Of a stretch of 64,000 nucleotides of DNA, positions 28,269 to 37,768 are shown one piece after another; position 1 is the stretch's first letter, and every line of letters starts with the position of its first letter. The translations under genes were made by a program, and so were the position numbers. Source of the DNA: a virus; IMG/VR virus record IMGVR_UViG_3300029171_000004; one strand, given 5' to 3'. The notes beneath the pieces were generated by a model that made no database searches, was not told the DNA's origin, and saw only the letters and a program-made list of their open reading frames with translations.

Positions 28269-29061
28269 TAAATATATTTATTTGTTTGTATTTGTGTTTT
28301 TCTGGTTTTATTATTCCAAATTTTGAGGCTATTTTTTTAACTTGAACCTCGATTGATTTTTTTCTGTAGTTACCATTTTCAGGTAGCCTTGAATCTACAT
28401 AAAATGTGTCATCAATAATCCACTGTTCACGTGCAGATAGAATTGTGTCGATAGTTAATTGATCAGAATCTTTAAGACCAAATTGATTCACTTCGAATAA
28501 TAATGTGCCAAAATTTTTAATCTTGAGTGAGTCTTCGAAAACACCAGCTTCTGCGTTTGTTTTTTGTGTGCGTTTTTTAAATTCGTTTGAGTCTTTAAAA
28601 ATATCTAGTTCAGCAAGTCTTCTCACATCCGATAAAATTATTTTATCCTTGTCTTTACCATCTTCTTCAAAAGCTCTATTAATCCAATAAAAAGCCCCAT
28701 TTATAGTGCGCATTTTTTCAGCATACCAAATTAAGTATGGTCTGATTAGTTTTTTTGTTTCAATGTCTTCAGAGAAAAAATCCAATTTTTCTGGATCTAA
28801 ATAAATTCTGCTTTTTTCAAAGATATCTTGAGATATTTGCTTTTTTAAATAAGTGTTCATCTCTTTTTTTACATTATCTGCAAAAGCTACTCTTTGATAA
28901 CCGTAATCGTCTACAAAAATTTTTGTGATAGTATCTTTACCAGACTTGGCGTAACCCATCAACCCAATAATTGTCTTGTTTTCTAAAACGCTAAAATTAA
29001 ACTGAGCATGTTTTCCAACGTGGATTAACTCATCAGGTATTTCAATATTTATTTCCGACAT
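28255..29061 (-). CDS. deoxynucleoside monophosphate kinase-like
   Basis: IIGLMGYAKSGKDT P-loop, AFADNVK, ILSDVR. Confidence 0.75.
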   Translation of the reverse strand: MSEINIEIPDELIHVGKHAQFNFSVLENKTIIGLMGYAKSGKDTITKIFVDDYGYQRVAFADNVKKEMNTYLKKQISQDIFEKSRIYLDPEKLDFFSEDIETKKLIRPYLIWYAEKMRTINGAFYWINRAFEEDGKDKDKIILSDVRRLAELDIFKDSNEFKKRTQKTNAEAGVFEDSLKIKNFGTLLFEVNQFGLKDSDQLTIDTILSAREQWIIDDTFYVDSRLPENGNYRKKSIEVQVKKIASKFGIIKPEKHKYKQINIFNGSK

Positions 29062-29062
29062 A

Positions 29063-30175
29063 TTACTTAATTAAACCAGTAGATAATTCAGCTTTAATAG
29101 CTGGGTGAGATTTATAACCATCCAACGAAAAATCACTATAGCTTAAAGAAGAAAAGTCATAAGTTTTACCAATCGTTTCCCAATCTATATCTCTGGTTTC
29201 AATTAGTTTTGGAAGAGCCATAGGCTCTCTTGATAATTGTTCTTTTACAGCTTCTTCGTGGTTTGAATAAATATGGACATCGCCAAATGTATGAATAAAA
29301 TCTCCAGGTATCATATTACAAATCTTTGCAAAGATATGTGTTAACAATGCATAAGAAGCAATATTAAAAGGAACACCAAGAAAAGAATCTGCGCTGCGCT
29401 GATATAATTGGCAATCGAGATAATATTTTGGGACATTCCACGCATCCATCTGATAATGAATTAATGTTTCAATAAATGGACTAATATTGCCCTTTTCTGG
29501 ATTATCACAAATTTCCATTCTTTGTTGCCAAGTTAAAGGTCTGCAATTAAATTGAAACATTGCGTGGCACCAATATAAAGCCAAATCACCCTCGTGACCA
29601 GGATCAATTGCTGTAACAATATGTCTTCTAGATTCTGGATTTTTTTGCAATGATGATAAAACTCCTGCGATTTGGTCGTGCGTCATCGGTCTTTTATTGC
29701 TACCATCTTGCTCTATTAAATCAAACTCTGTGGTCCAATATCTCCACACTTTTCCATATTGATATCCGCAGTCGCCTAATTTATAAGTTTTATCTTTAGC
29801 ATGTAATACTCCCCATTCGAGATCCCCTTCTTTTATTTTTAAAACAAAGTCATCAAAAGATAGTGGTGACTCGGTGTTTAAGCCATACTCTTTTGATTTT
29901 TTGATGTAATAATTATAAGCGTCTTCATTCCAAATATTTACACCGTTATCCACAAGATATTTTATATTTGTGTCACCACGAAGAAACCAAAGAAGTTCAA
30001 CAACAACGCCTTTAAAAAACATTTTTTTTGTTGTTAGTATCGGAAATCCATCAGATAAGTTATGTCTGAATTGATAACCGAACAAACTTTGTGTGCTAGG
30101 CATACCCGCTCTTGCCGCAGGTTTTAATGTGCCATTTTTCTTAATAGAAGATAATAACTCCAGATATTGTTTCAT
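29063..30175 (-). CDS. thyA: thymidylate synthase
   Basis: ELLWFLRG, GYQYG, SRRHIV, YWCH, YQRSADSFLGVPFNIASY, GDVHIY. Confidence 0.95.
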   Translation of the reverse strand: MKQYLELLSSIKKNGTLKPAARAGMPSTQSLFGYQFRHNLSDGFPILTTKKMFFKGVVVELLWFLRGDTNIKYLVDNGVNIWNEDAYNYYIKKSKEYGLNTESPLSFDDFVLKIKEGDLEWGVLHAKDKTYKLGDCGYQYGKVWRYWTTEFDLIEQDGSNKRPMTHDQIAGVLSSLQKNPESRRHIVTAIDPGHEGDLALYWCHAMFQFNCRPLTWQQRMEICDNPEKGNISPFIETLIHYQMDAWNVPKYYLDCQLYQRSADSFLGVPFNIASYALLTHIFAKICNMIPGDFIHTFGDVHIYSNHEEAVKEQLSREPMALPKLIETRDIDWETIGKTYDFSSLSYSDFSLDGYKSHPAIKAELSTGLIK

Positions 30176-30177
30176 AA

Positions 30178-31308
30178 TTACAGGATATCTATTTGTTTAA
30201 TTTTACAGAAAGATTCTAATTCAGAAAATTGCCTGTTTGAAAGTTGCTTTGATTCACCGTTTTCAAACAATATACTAGAGAGTTTTATTTTACCATATAG
30301 TGGTAAGAAATCAAAAGAAAGTAGGAACTTTTTCTCTTCCGATTTTGCTGAAGACCCAGTAATATCAAACACGCTAACAATTACTTTCGTGTTCATTTTA
30401 CATGCCTCAAGGTGGCCGTCAAGATTTATTTTTAGATCACTTGCGGCTTTTTTGATATCATTTTCAGAGCTTAACACTTTAATTAAAAAAGAACCAGTGT
30501 AATCTTTGGTGTTTTCTAAATATGAAAATGGCTTTGTAAATTCGCTGATTGGGTGGTATAAAAAACCTGGATTTCTTGGTTGAACTTGAACCCCCTTATT
30601 ATATAAGCCCCTCATTTGTGAAATGAGTTTTGCTGTACTGAATTCATCTAATTTTTTTGTGTCAAAAATTGATGGTGGTGGTGAAAAACCATTATTGGCT
30701 TCTAATATTGAGCGTTCTGCATTTAAATCTCTATTATTTGCTCTTTCTGTTGAAAATTTTTCACCAGGATATCTCGCTCTTAGTTTGGCTATATTGGTAG
30801 CCATGGCATCGAAAAGATCTATATCTAAGTCCCTTAAAAAGATGGCCATATACCACATAACATCACCAATTTCTTCTTTGATGTTTGTGATATCAAGTGG
30901 TGCATCTTCATATTTGCTCCTTACAACCTCTTCTAAAATTTCTCCTGCTTCGGTACATAAACCAATTGCGGCATGAAGCATATTTTCACCCTGATTATCT
31001 CTTCTGAATACAAGATGACCTGGAGCACTTGAACAAATGTCTACAGGTTTGTTGTAGAATTTTTTCTTTTTGATTGTGTCGAGGGTTTTGCAAGCTTTAA
31101 CTACTTTATCTGTAAAAAAAGCTATGTCTGGCTCTGATGTATTTTTTTGGTCGTAATAAAAAATCCCAGATAAAGTTTTTGCACTATCTTCCAGGTAAGT
31201 TTTAAGTTTTGCATCTTCATTTTGTTTCTCTTTTTCATCAAGAGCTTTAAGGGCTGTTTCCAGAACGCTTCTTACATCGGTGTTTTTGTCAAAGTTTGTC
31301 ATAAACAT
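30178..31308 (-). CDS. MazG-like NTP pyrophosphohydrolase with extra domains
   Basis: HAAIGLCTEAGEILE...EEIGDVMWY...NIAKLRARYP. Confidence 0.8.
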   Translation of the reverse strand: MFMTNFDKNTDVRSVLETALKALDEKEKQNEDAKLKTYLEDSAKTLSGIFYYDQKNTSEPDIAFFTDKVVKACKTLDTIKKKKFYNKPVDICSSAPGHLVFRRDNQGENMLHAAIGLCTEAGEILEEVVRSKYEDAPLDITNIKEEIGDVMWYMAIFLRDLDIDLFDAMATNIAKLRARYPGEKFSTERANNRDLNAERSILEANNGFSPPPSIFDTKKLDEFSTAKLISQMRGLYNKGVQVQPRNPGFLYHPISEFTKPFSYLENTKDYTGSFLIKVLSSENDIKKAASDLKINLDGHLEACKMNTKVIVSVFDITGSSAKSEEKKFLLSFDFLPLYGKIKLSSILFENGESKQLSNRQFSELESFCKIKQIDIL

Positions 31309-31320
31309 TTAAATTTACAA

Positions 31321-31328
31321 CAAATATA
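31321..31328 (-). promoter_or_regulatory. Bacteroidetes-type -7 promoter element TATATTTG
   Basis: Consensus match just upstream of the MazG/thyA/kinase operon; further copies at 21743-21750 and 62111-62118. Confidence 0.55.
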
Positions 31329-31335
31329 ACGCTTT

Positions 31336-32445
31336 TTAATAATTTAGGCAAAAATTTTTCGAATAATCTTCGTGAGTGATGATTTTTTTGTCTAGGTTTT
31401 CGGCCAACTGCAGCTTTTTCTCTATAAAAACGATGTCTTTTTTAACAGTATTAGCCCTTTCAAATTCGTCAGATTGTGCATAATTTAACATTTTACCACT
31501 CAATCTCTCTTTAAGTTCGAGCATATTGTTTTTAATATCAGACATGTCGATCACCTTTTTCTTTTCAGCTAATTCTTCTCTGCGAATCTTTTTTGACATA
31601 GCAATCATGTCATCATAATATCTATTTAAGCTTACTTCAACAATAATTCTGTGATTTGGATTAACGTGTTTCTTGACTTCGATAAGATTATATATAAATT
31701 CTTTTGTTCTCATTATTGGGTTACCTTCCTCATCTATCAAATGTTTCACATACATAAAACTTCCTTTGTGTAAGAAGTTGATTTCTTTTAAAAAATCTTT
31801 ATAAGTTTTTGTACTTTGCAACACGATGGTATTTGGGTTATTTGATTCGAGTCTAATAAAATCAGAAGTTGTTATTTTCAGAAAGTTTCTTGAATTGGAA
31901 TTTTCTTTAGAATAAAGGTCACCTATTAATTCAAGCATATCTGTTTCGCTATTAAACACGCATTGCAAAAATATGTAAAAGCTTAGCTTGATTTTTTCTC
32001 CAATTTCTGGAACCCTGTTTTTAATTTTGTATTGATCTTCGATTTTGTCTATAAAAGTTGAAAAAACTATGCTGTTATTTTGTTGCGGATCTGGTATTTC
32101 AAATCCTGGGTAATTTCCCAACTCACGCCTTAGTGACTGCAGTTCTGAGATGATGTTGAACTCAAGGGGTTTGCTGTATCTTATTCCGAGCGAAGCAACT
32201 GATTTAAGTAATTTTTCTAATTCTTGTCTAGTAGAAATTGGCGTTTTTGACTCAAAGACACATGAATCAACCTCGTTTAACCCTTTATTATCCATAGACT
32301 GAACAAGAATTTCATAATCTGGATCCATACATAAAGCTTCATCTACTTTGTTGGCACCCATAATAGAAACAAATACCAAATACTTGTTTATGTCACCTTG
32401 CGGATTTGATATTACACAAAAATCGAGTTTGTTGTTAAAAGTCAT
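31336..32445 (-). CDS. hypothetical protein with C-terminal UVR-like coiled coil
   Basis: MLNYAQSDEFERANTVKKDI resembles the UvrB/C motif. Confidence 0.6.
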   Translation of the reverse strand: MTFNNKLDFCVISNPQGDINKYLVFVSIMGANKVDEALCMDPDYEILVQSMDNKGLNEVDSCVFESKTPISTRQELEKLLKSVASLGIRYSKPLEFNIISELQSLRRELGNYPGFEIPDPQQNNSIVFSTFIDKIEDQYKIKNRVPEIGEKIKLSFYIFLQCVFNSETDMLELIGDLYSKENSNSRNFLKITTSDFIRLESNNPNTIVLQSTKTYKDFLKEINFLHKGSFMYVKHLIDEEGNPIMRTKEFIYNLIEVKKHVNPNHRIIVEVSLNRYYDDMIAMSKKIRREELAEKKKVIDMSDIKNNMLELKERLSGKMLNYAQSDEFERANTVKKDIVFIEKKLQLAENLDKKIITHEDYSKNFCLNY

Positions 32446-32512
32446 TTTATTTCTTTATTTATAAATATATTTCTAAAATATACAAAACCTAACCCTTAAA
32501 ATAAATAATAAC

Positions 32513-33142
32513 ATGAATCTTTATAGCATACAACGTGGTGAGATTTCATCAAAAGGCAAAAAAAGACAGCCAATATTGTTTCAAACATTGTTTATATCCA
32601 TTGGTTTGGTTTTGACAATATTGTTATCAAGTGCTACAATGGGTTTTATAACTCTATTGATATATTTAGTTTTTGCACTTAATTGGTCAATTAGTTTAGA
32701 ATCACAATCTAAAAGAGTGTATTTTTTACCGCAGTGTTCTTATGCGTCTCCAAATAGCGATAAAATAAATGTTGTATATGGGTTTTCACGTGGATATTAT
32801 AAGTGGAATTCGGCATTCATAGGATGGAGGGGAATAGGAAATGGTCACATAGAATTATTGGCATGTTCATATTCAAATGGTAAATTAATAACCAAAGTAA
32901 TGCTTGTGTGTAAAACTCAAAATTGGGTGTTTTTAAACATTAGAAATAAGAGCGGAAAATATGTTTTTATGGTCAGAACACATAATGGCAACTATAACAT
33001 TTCCTCAATTCCAAAACCAAAATTCATGTCAATTTACACTTTATTTAAACTATTTATAATAAACATGTACCCAAGACTTGCGAATGGCACCAAAACAACA
33101 TTCGATACAAAGTTATACGTACAAACATTGGAAAATAAATGA
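32513..33142 (+). CDS. membrane-anchored hypothetical protein
   Basis: Two N-terminal hydrophobic helices. Confidence 0.55.
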   Translation: MNLYSIQRGEISSKGKKRQPILFQTLFISIGLVLTILLSSATMGFITLLIYLVFALNWSISLESQSKRVYFLPQCSYASPNSDKINVVYGFSRGYYKWNSAFIGWRGIGNGHIELLACSYSNGKLITKVMLVCKTQNWVFLNIRNKSGKYVFMVRTHNGNYNISSIPKPKFMSIYTLFKLFIINMYPRLANGTKTTFDTKLYVQTLENK

Positions 33143-33381
33143 AAAAAGAATTGAGCGAAAAGGAGTTAAGGGAGTTTATAAAAAACTCACTAAAAGAGCT
33201 GGATGTTCTATTGCCAAAAGAAAAATCTGATTGGAAAGATGAGGTTACAAACTTACGTGCAACTCTTGTTGACTTAATGAAAAACATAGAAAACGACAAT
33301 TTTGAAGACGGTGTGAAAAAAATTGATTCTGCCGTAAAATTATTAAACAGCTGGAAGTCTAAAATAGAAAAACTTTTATAA
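33139..33381 (+). CDS. hypothetical helical protein
   Basis: 80 aa ORF, ATGA-coupled. Confidence 0.6.
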   Translation: MKKELSEKELREFIKNSLKELDVLLPKEKSDWKDEVTNLRATLVDLMKNIENDNFEDGVKKIDSAVKLLNSWKSKIEKLL

Positions 33382-33382
33382 C

Positions 33383-33595
33383 ATGAACGAAGAGTACCCT
33401 GATTTTCATGGAGATCACCCAATTAACCATTATGAAATGGTTGGGTGTAGTTGCGGAAAAAACTGTAATTGTAAAGCAAATTGTGATTGCAAAACATGCA
33501 AATGCGAAATGTGTTCAAAAACTTGTGAGTGTGATGGTAATTGCTCGTGTGGCAAAAATTGTGCCTGTGAACATGGGTGTACTTGTCTAAGTTAG
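33383..33595 (+). CDS. metallothionein-like Cys-rich peptide
   Basis: 17 Cys in residues 22-68, mostly CxC; starts 1 nt after upstream stop. Confidence 0.7.
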   Translation: MNEEYPDFHGDHPINHYEMVGCSCGKNCNCKANCDCKTCKCEMCSKTCECDGNCSCGKNCACEHGCTCLS

Positions 33596-34474
33596 TTTAT
33601 ATACTTCAAGACTTGGTCTAGCTTTTAAAATTTCAATCCAATTATTTTCTTTTAATTTACTAAAGTCGCAAATATGTAAATATTTTTCTGGTTTGTGAAT
33701 TAATAATTTTTCCCATCCAAGAGCCGTAATTTCATCTTTATCTATTTCGTATAATAAATGTGAAAAATCTGGGTTTTCAAACAGTGTTATCAACTGTATT
33801 AGGTTAAATGGATCTCCATATTTGAACTTTTCAAAATCACAGTATTTAATAAAATTTGGTCTATAACAAAACAGATCTAACCAATTAAGCGTGGTCAATG
33901 ATTCAAAAGAAAATATATCTAACATCTCTTCGTTGGTGGCTTTGAATATGTATGCGATTTGATGGCTGTTTAAAAGTGAATAATTTAGTCTTGTGATTAC
34001 TTTTCTTTGGCAATCATATGCCTTTATTATATTGAAGCATTCTATGTGATTGAAGTCGTATTTTTCTAATTCTATTTCATCCAAAAATTCTTCAACGCCA
34101 ATACAAAGCAATAGATGGGCATCATCTTTCGATAAATTTTTTAAATCAAAATCAAAATACTTTGTTAATCTTGTATAGTCAGCTTGTATGAAATACCATA
34201 TATCTTTTATTCTATATTCATATTTTTTTAAATTTATTTTTTTCAACAATTCGGGTTGTCTTGTTACAATCCTTATCGCTTGCATTTTTTCAAGTTTTTC
34301 CCATTGTACATATGGGTGCAACTCTTCATTATCACACAAATATCTATCTTCTAGATTGGGGTAATCCAATAAATTTGAGATGTGTCTCAACTCTTTTTCG
34401 CTCAGTTCGGCCCACATTGTGCAAAACAAGTCATTAATCAAACATAACAATATTGAGTTTATATCTTTTACCAT
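33587..34474 (-). CDS. helical repeat protein
   Basis: Recurring W..L...(Q/R/K)P....CDF units. Confidence 0.6.
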   Translation of the reverse strand: MVKDINSILLCLINDLFCTMWAELSEKELRHISNLLDYPNLEDRYLCDNEELHPYVQWEKLEKMQAIRIVTRQPELLKKINLKKYEYRIKDIWYFIQADYTRLTKYFDFDLKNLSKDDAHLLLCIGVEEFLDEIELEKYDFNHIECFNIIKAYDCQRKVITRLNYSLLNSHQIAYIFKATNEEMLDIFSFESLTTLNWLDLFCYRPNFIKYCDFEKFKYGDPFNLIQLITLFENPDFSHLLYEIDKDEITALGWEKLLIHKPEKYLHICDFSKLKENNWIEILKARPSLEVYKLT

Positions 34475-34527
34475 TTTGGATTTATCTGGCTTTTATTTAT
34501 ATTTAGCTTAATTAAAAATATAAAAAC

Positions 34528-34839
34528 ATGGATGCAAAAAAAATAGAATTTGACATTACAAGATTAGTAATTGAGGTTCACAATGAAATTATGCAATGGT
34601 ATAACAATGATTTTGACGGTAATTTAAAGCACAAGGCAGATGCTTTAAAAATTGTAAGCAACGACATTGTTCAACGTGCTCTGCAAACAATTGTAGAAGG
34701 TTCTGGGGCAAAAACTGATGTTGGTGTTTACAGGGGCGATGTAAAAGTTGGGGATTCTTCAATCACAAAAGATGGAGAATCTTTCGTAAAAAAAGATGAA
34801 TCTGAAATAATAAACAAGTTATTTGATAAGAATAGCTAA
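34528..34839 (+). CDS. hypothetical protein
   Basis: 103 aa ORF, A-rich start. Confidence 0.6.
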   Translation: MDAKKIEFDITRLVIEVHNEIMQWYNNDFDGNLKHKADALKIVSNDIVQRALQTIVEGSGAKTDVGVYRGDVKVGDSSITKDGESFVKKDESEIINKLFDKNS

Positions 34840-34865
34840 AATTTTATGGGCTATTTATAGAATAA

Positions 34866-35747
34866 ATGCCTATGTTTTTATCAGTTTTATCTTGGGTCAA
34901 GGATCCAAAAAATAGGGGAATACAAAAATTAATTGGAGTGGTTATTTTAGTCGCTGTGATATTAATGCAGTGTAACCAGGCCAGAGGTTTAAGGGCTGAG
35001 TTAGAGGCTCAAAAAAGTGAAACCCAGAGACAACTCAATAACGTAGAGGCAAAAAACGCTATTTTGATACAGAGCAAGATTAACGACTCTACCTTGTTGG
35101 CGGAAAAATTAGCCTTAAAATTAACTGTTGATGAGTTAAAACATGGTTATTCAGATCTATTAGTTGGTTTTGAAAAATTTAGAAAGCAAAACCCTAAAGT
35201 AATTGAAAGAATAACGGTAAACAACAACGAGACTATAACTAAAGTTCCAGTAAATGTAAAAATGGATTCTTTGGGTAATGGAAAATTTTCATTTTCAGAT
35301 AGTCTTAATATGCCAGATGGAAACTTTAGAAAGATCTCTGGGGTGGTGCCATTTAATAGTTCTAGTTTTTATAAAAAAGATTCTACTATAGCTGATATGA
35401 ATAAGCTTGGAATTTTTTCAAAAGTAACACCAGGGGCTGGAACTTTTCAGCTTGAACAAAGAATAAAGTTAAAGGTTGGATTGTTTGAGGATCCGAAAAC
35501 CAAAAAAGTGACCATAGGAGCCACTACAAGTTATCCTGGCATTACTTTTAGCCAATTAGATGGTGCAGATATAATGAGCGATGAAACATCTAGAAAAGCC
35601 ACAAAACAATTCAGAAAGACATGGGGTCTTGGATTACACATAGGATATGGGGCTACAGTTGATTTAAAGAGCAGTAAAACGCTTTTTGGTCCACAAGTAG
35701 GTGTATCTATTAATTACACACCAAAATGGTTACAATGGGGAAAATAG
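34866..35747 (+). CDS. membrane-anchored coiled-coil protein, putative spanin-like
   Basis: N-terminal TM ending ILMQC, coiled coil, C-terminal amphipathic beta-hairpin. Confidence 0.5.
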   Translation: MPMFLSVLSWVKDPKNRGIQKLIGVVILVAVILMQCNQARGLRAELEAQKSETQRQLNNVEAKNAILIQSKINDSTLLAEKLALKLTVDELKHGYSDLLVGFEKFRKQNPKVIERITVNNNETITKVPVNVKMDSLGNGKFSFSDSLNMPDGNFRKISGVVPFNSSSFYKKDSTIADMNKLGIFSKVTPGAGTFQLEQRIKLKVGLFEDPKTKKVTIGATTSYPGITFSQLDGADIMSDETSRKATKQFRKTWGLGLHIGYGATVDLKSSKTLFGPQVGVSINYTPKWLQWGK

Positions 35748-35932
35748 AGCTAATATCAGAGTATGATAAAATTATCTCTAGGCTTAAAGCTGAAGGTAAA
35801 GTAAAAGAGATAGAATGGGCTGCTGAACAACAAAAAAACTGGGAAAGAATAGTGTCTGAAATTAGAAGAGAAAGCAGGTACAAACAAGCTATGAGTGCAA
35901 TTGAAGTGAGTAAAGTAATTTTAAACGCATAA
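35726..35932 (+). CDS. hypothetical protein
   Basis: 68 aa ORF, TAATG coupling to next gene. Confidence 0.55.
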   Translation: MVTMGKIELISEYDKIISRLKAEGKVKEIEWAAEQQKNWERIVSEIRRESRYKQAMSAIEVSKVILNA

Positions 35933-36774
35933 TGGAAAAATTGACTGGACCACAACAAGAAAATACCGCTTTACACGATAGAGTGTATTATCATGGTATT
36001 TCTGGTAGAAGACTTGCAGAATTTTTAAAAAATGGAATTATTCCAGTTGCTCAACAAGCTTTTGGTGGTGAATTTTCTATCACAGATGATTATACGATAG
36101 CAAAAGCACATGCAGGTGAAAATGGTGTGGTGTTAGAAATAAGGGTTAATCCAAGAACAAATTTTGAATATGCTGATCCTTTTGCAGAAGATTATGTGCC
36201 ACATGGAGATATAAGCGATATTGGTGAATCTGAATTTATAGTAAACAACCCAGATGTTTTATATTCAATAAATGTTATGAAAGAAAATGTCAATGAAGAA
36301 AAATTAAGCGGCGGCAAAGCGGATGGAATGACCACTAAAGATATTGCAAAAAAACACGGGGTTAGTTTATCATCAATTGAAAAAGAAATAAAATTAGGGC
36401 TCCCAATTGAGTCAGAACACACTGATTCAAAAGAAAAACAAATGGAAGTTGTTCTAGATCACCTTTTTGAGGATCCTGAATATTATTCAAACAAAAAGAC
36501 TGGTTTAATTACAAAAGAAAAAGAGGCAGAAAAAAGAATGGAAAAATCTGTAAATGAAGTTGCAAAAAAAATGAAGGCGCTTGCTGGTATCGCAGAGTCT
36601 GACAAAAAATTTTTAAATAACCCAGATTTCGGCGAACAAAATCAAGTTGAAAAAAACAATACAACACCTCCAAAATTAATGGAGAACGATGACAAAAGAT
36701 TTGTAATTATTGAATTTGAGCAAGAAGAAGTTGAACCTGGTGATGATGATGATAAACTTTATAAACTAAAGTGA
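35932..36774 (+). CDS. ADP-ribosyltransferase-like domain fused to DUF5661-like domain
   Basis: YYHG...FSITDD..IAKAHA..VVLEI...ESEFIV; then IESEHT...LDHLFEDPEYYS. Confidence 0.55.
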   Translation: MEKLTGPQQENTALHDRVYYHGISGRRLAEFLKNGIIPVAQQAFGGEFSITDDYTIAKAHAGENGVVLEIRVNPRTNFEYADPFAEDYVPHGDISDIGESEFIVNNPDVLYSINVMKENVNEEKLSGGKADGMTTKDIAKKHGVSLSSIEKEIKLGLPIESEHTDSKEKQMEVVLDHLFEDPEYYSNKKTGLITKEKEAEKRMEKSVNEVAKKMKALAGIAESDKKFLNNPDFGEQNQVEKNNTTPPKLMENDDKRFVIIEFEQEEVEPGDDDDKLYKLK

Positions 36775-37512
36775 TCAGATAAAATTTGTATTCAGAAACT
36801 TTAATGTTTCTGCTTTTTCTATGTCTTTAAAGTTTGTCGCAAACAGCACAAATTCCTTTATCATTTTTTTGTACTTAGATATTGGCTCCTGATTTCCCTT
36901 TCCTTGAATTTGTATTACTTGAGAATGTTTTACGTCTAGCTCCATTGTTACGTGTGGTTCGTTTTTACCATCTCTAATTGATAATATTGCGGATGTACCA
37001 CCCCTTATCCTGGCAGCATAACTTGTGTTACTACCAACACAATGACCCATTGCTTTACCTTCATATTTTAAATCGCCACCATTTAATAAATACAAAAAGT
37101 GTGTTTTATCACTGAATCTAAATATTACTCTTTCCATATCTAAATCTGGAACACGCAAGTCCTCAATATCATATTTTAGCATCATTTGTTGGTGCCATTC
37201 TGATTGCGCTTCGTTGGCTTCCTCAAAATTATATGAAAATAAATCCGCTTTTGTAGATACGGCCCAATCTATTATCAATCTCACATCAAAAGCTAAATCA
37301 AGAACACCTATATCTTTCTTTGCTTCTTTAGCTATCCAAACATCGTATTTGTGTTTCCTTTTATCTGATTTGGATTTATCTTGGCTAACATTTACTCCAA
37401 TAAAACCAATATTATCCCCAATTGCAGATATTCGTTTTGCAATTTTTTCAGCTTCGTCACTATCGTAGTTACTAAAAAATGTCTTTATATACTCTTCTCT
37501 TTTAGTTAACAT
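36775..37512 (-). CDS. PcfJ-like domain protein
   Basis: LKYEGKAMGHCVG, ILSIRD, PHVTMEL, QIQGKGN. Confidence 0.75.
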   Translation of the reverse strand: MLTKREEYIKTFFSNYDSDEAEKIAKRISAIGDNIGFIGVNVSQDKSKSDKRKHKYDVWIAKEAKKDIGVLDLAFDVRLIIDWAVSTKADLFSYNFEEANEAQSEWHQQMMLKYDIEDLRVPDLDMERVIFRFSDKTHFLYLLNGGDLKYEGKAMGHCVGSNTSYAARIRGGTSAILSIRDGKNEPHVTMELDVKHSQVIQIQGKGNQEPISKYKKMIKEFVLFATNFKDIEKAETLKFLNTNFI

Positions 37513-37768
37513 AAATTTTAACCATTATATCTTCAGTATCTGGCACTTCAAAGGTTAAATAGCCGCCAGTGTTTACGGTGTCACTATTTAAGACGACACC
37601 CATTTTTTTATATGTTTTGGAAAAACTAAACGTATTATTTGCCTCGTTTAAAATAAAGTCTTTAACTGTGTAACACTTCATTACTGTCTTTAATTTTTGC
37701 TGGAGGAATGTGAGCTTTCTACGTCTAAATGTTTTATGGTTTATCCTGAATGTTCTCGCTATTTCCAT
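37502..37768 (-). CDS. hypothetical protein
   Basis: ORF track; likely start at internal MKCYT. Confidence 0.45.
   Translation of the reverse strand: MEIARTFRINHKTFRRRKLTFLQQKLKTVMKCYTVKDFILNEANNTFSFSKTYKKMGVVLNSDTVNTGGYLTFEVPDTEDIMVKIYVN

Noticed and set aside
29063-30175. dCMP hydroxymethylase / modified-base pathway
   Set aside because: Retains the dUMP-specifying Asn in PFNIASY; no glycosyltransferase or modification genes nearby
37151-37160. Third copy of the ACGCAAGT hairpin core
   Set aside because: Only the 8-mer matches, inside a coding region, without the flanking arms
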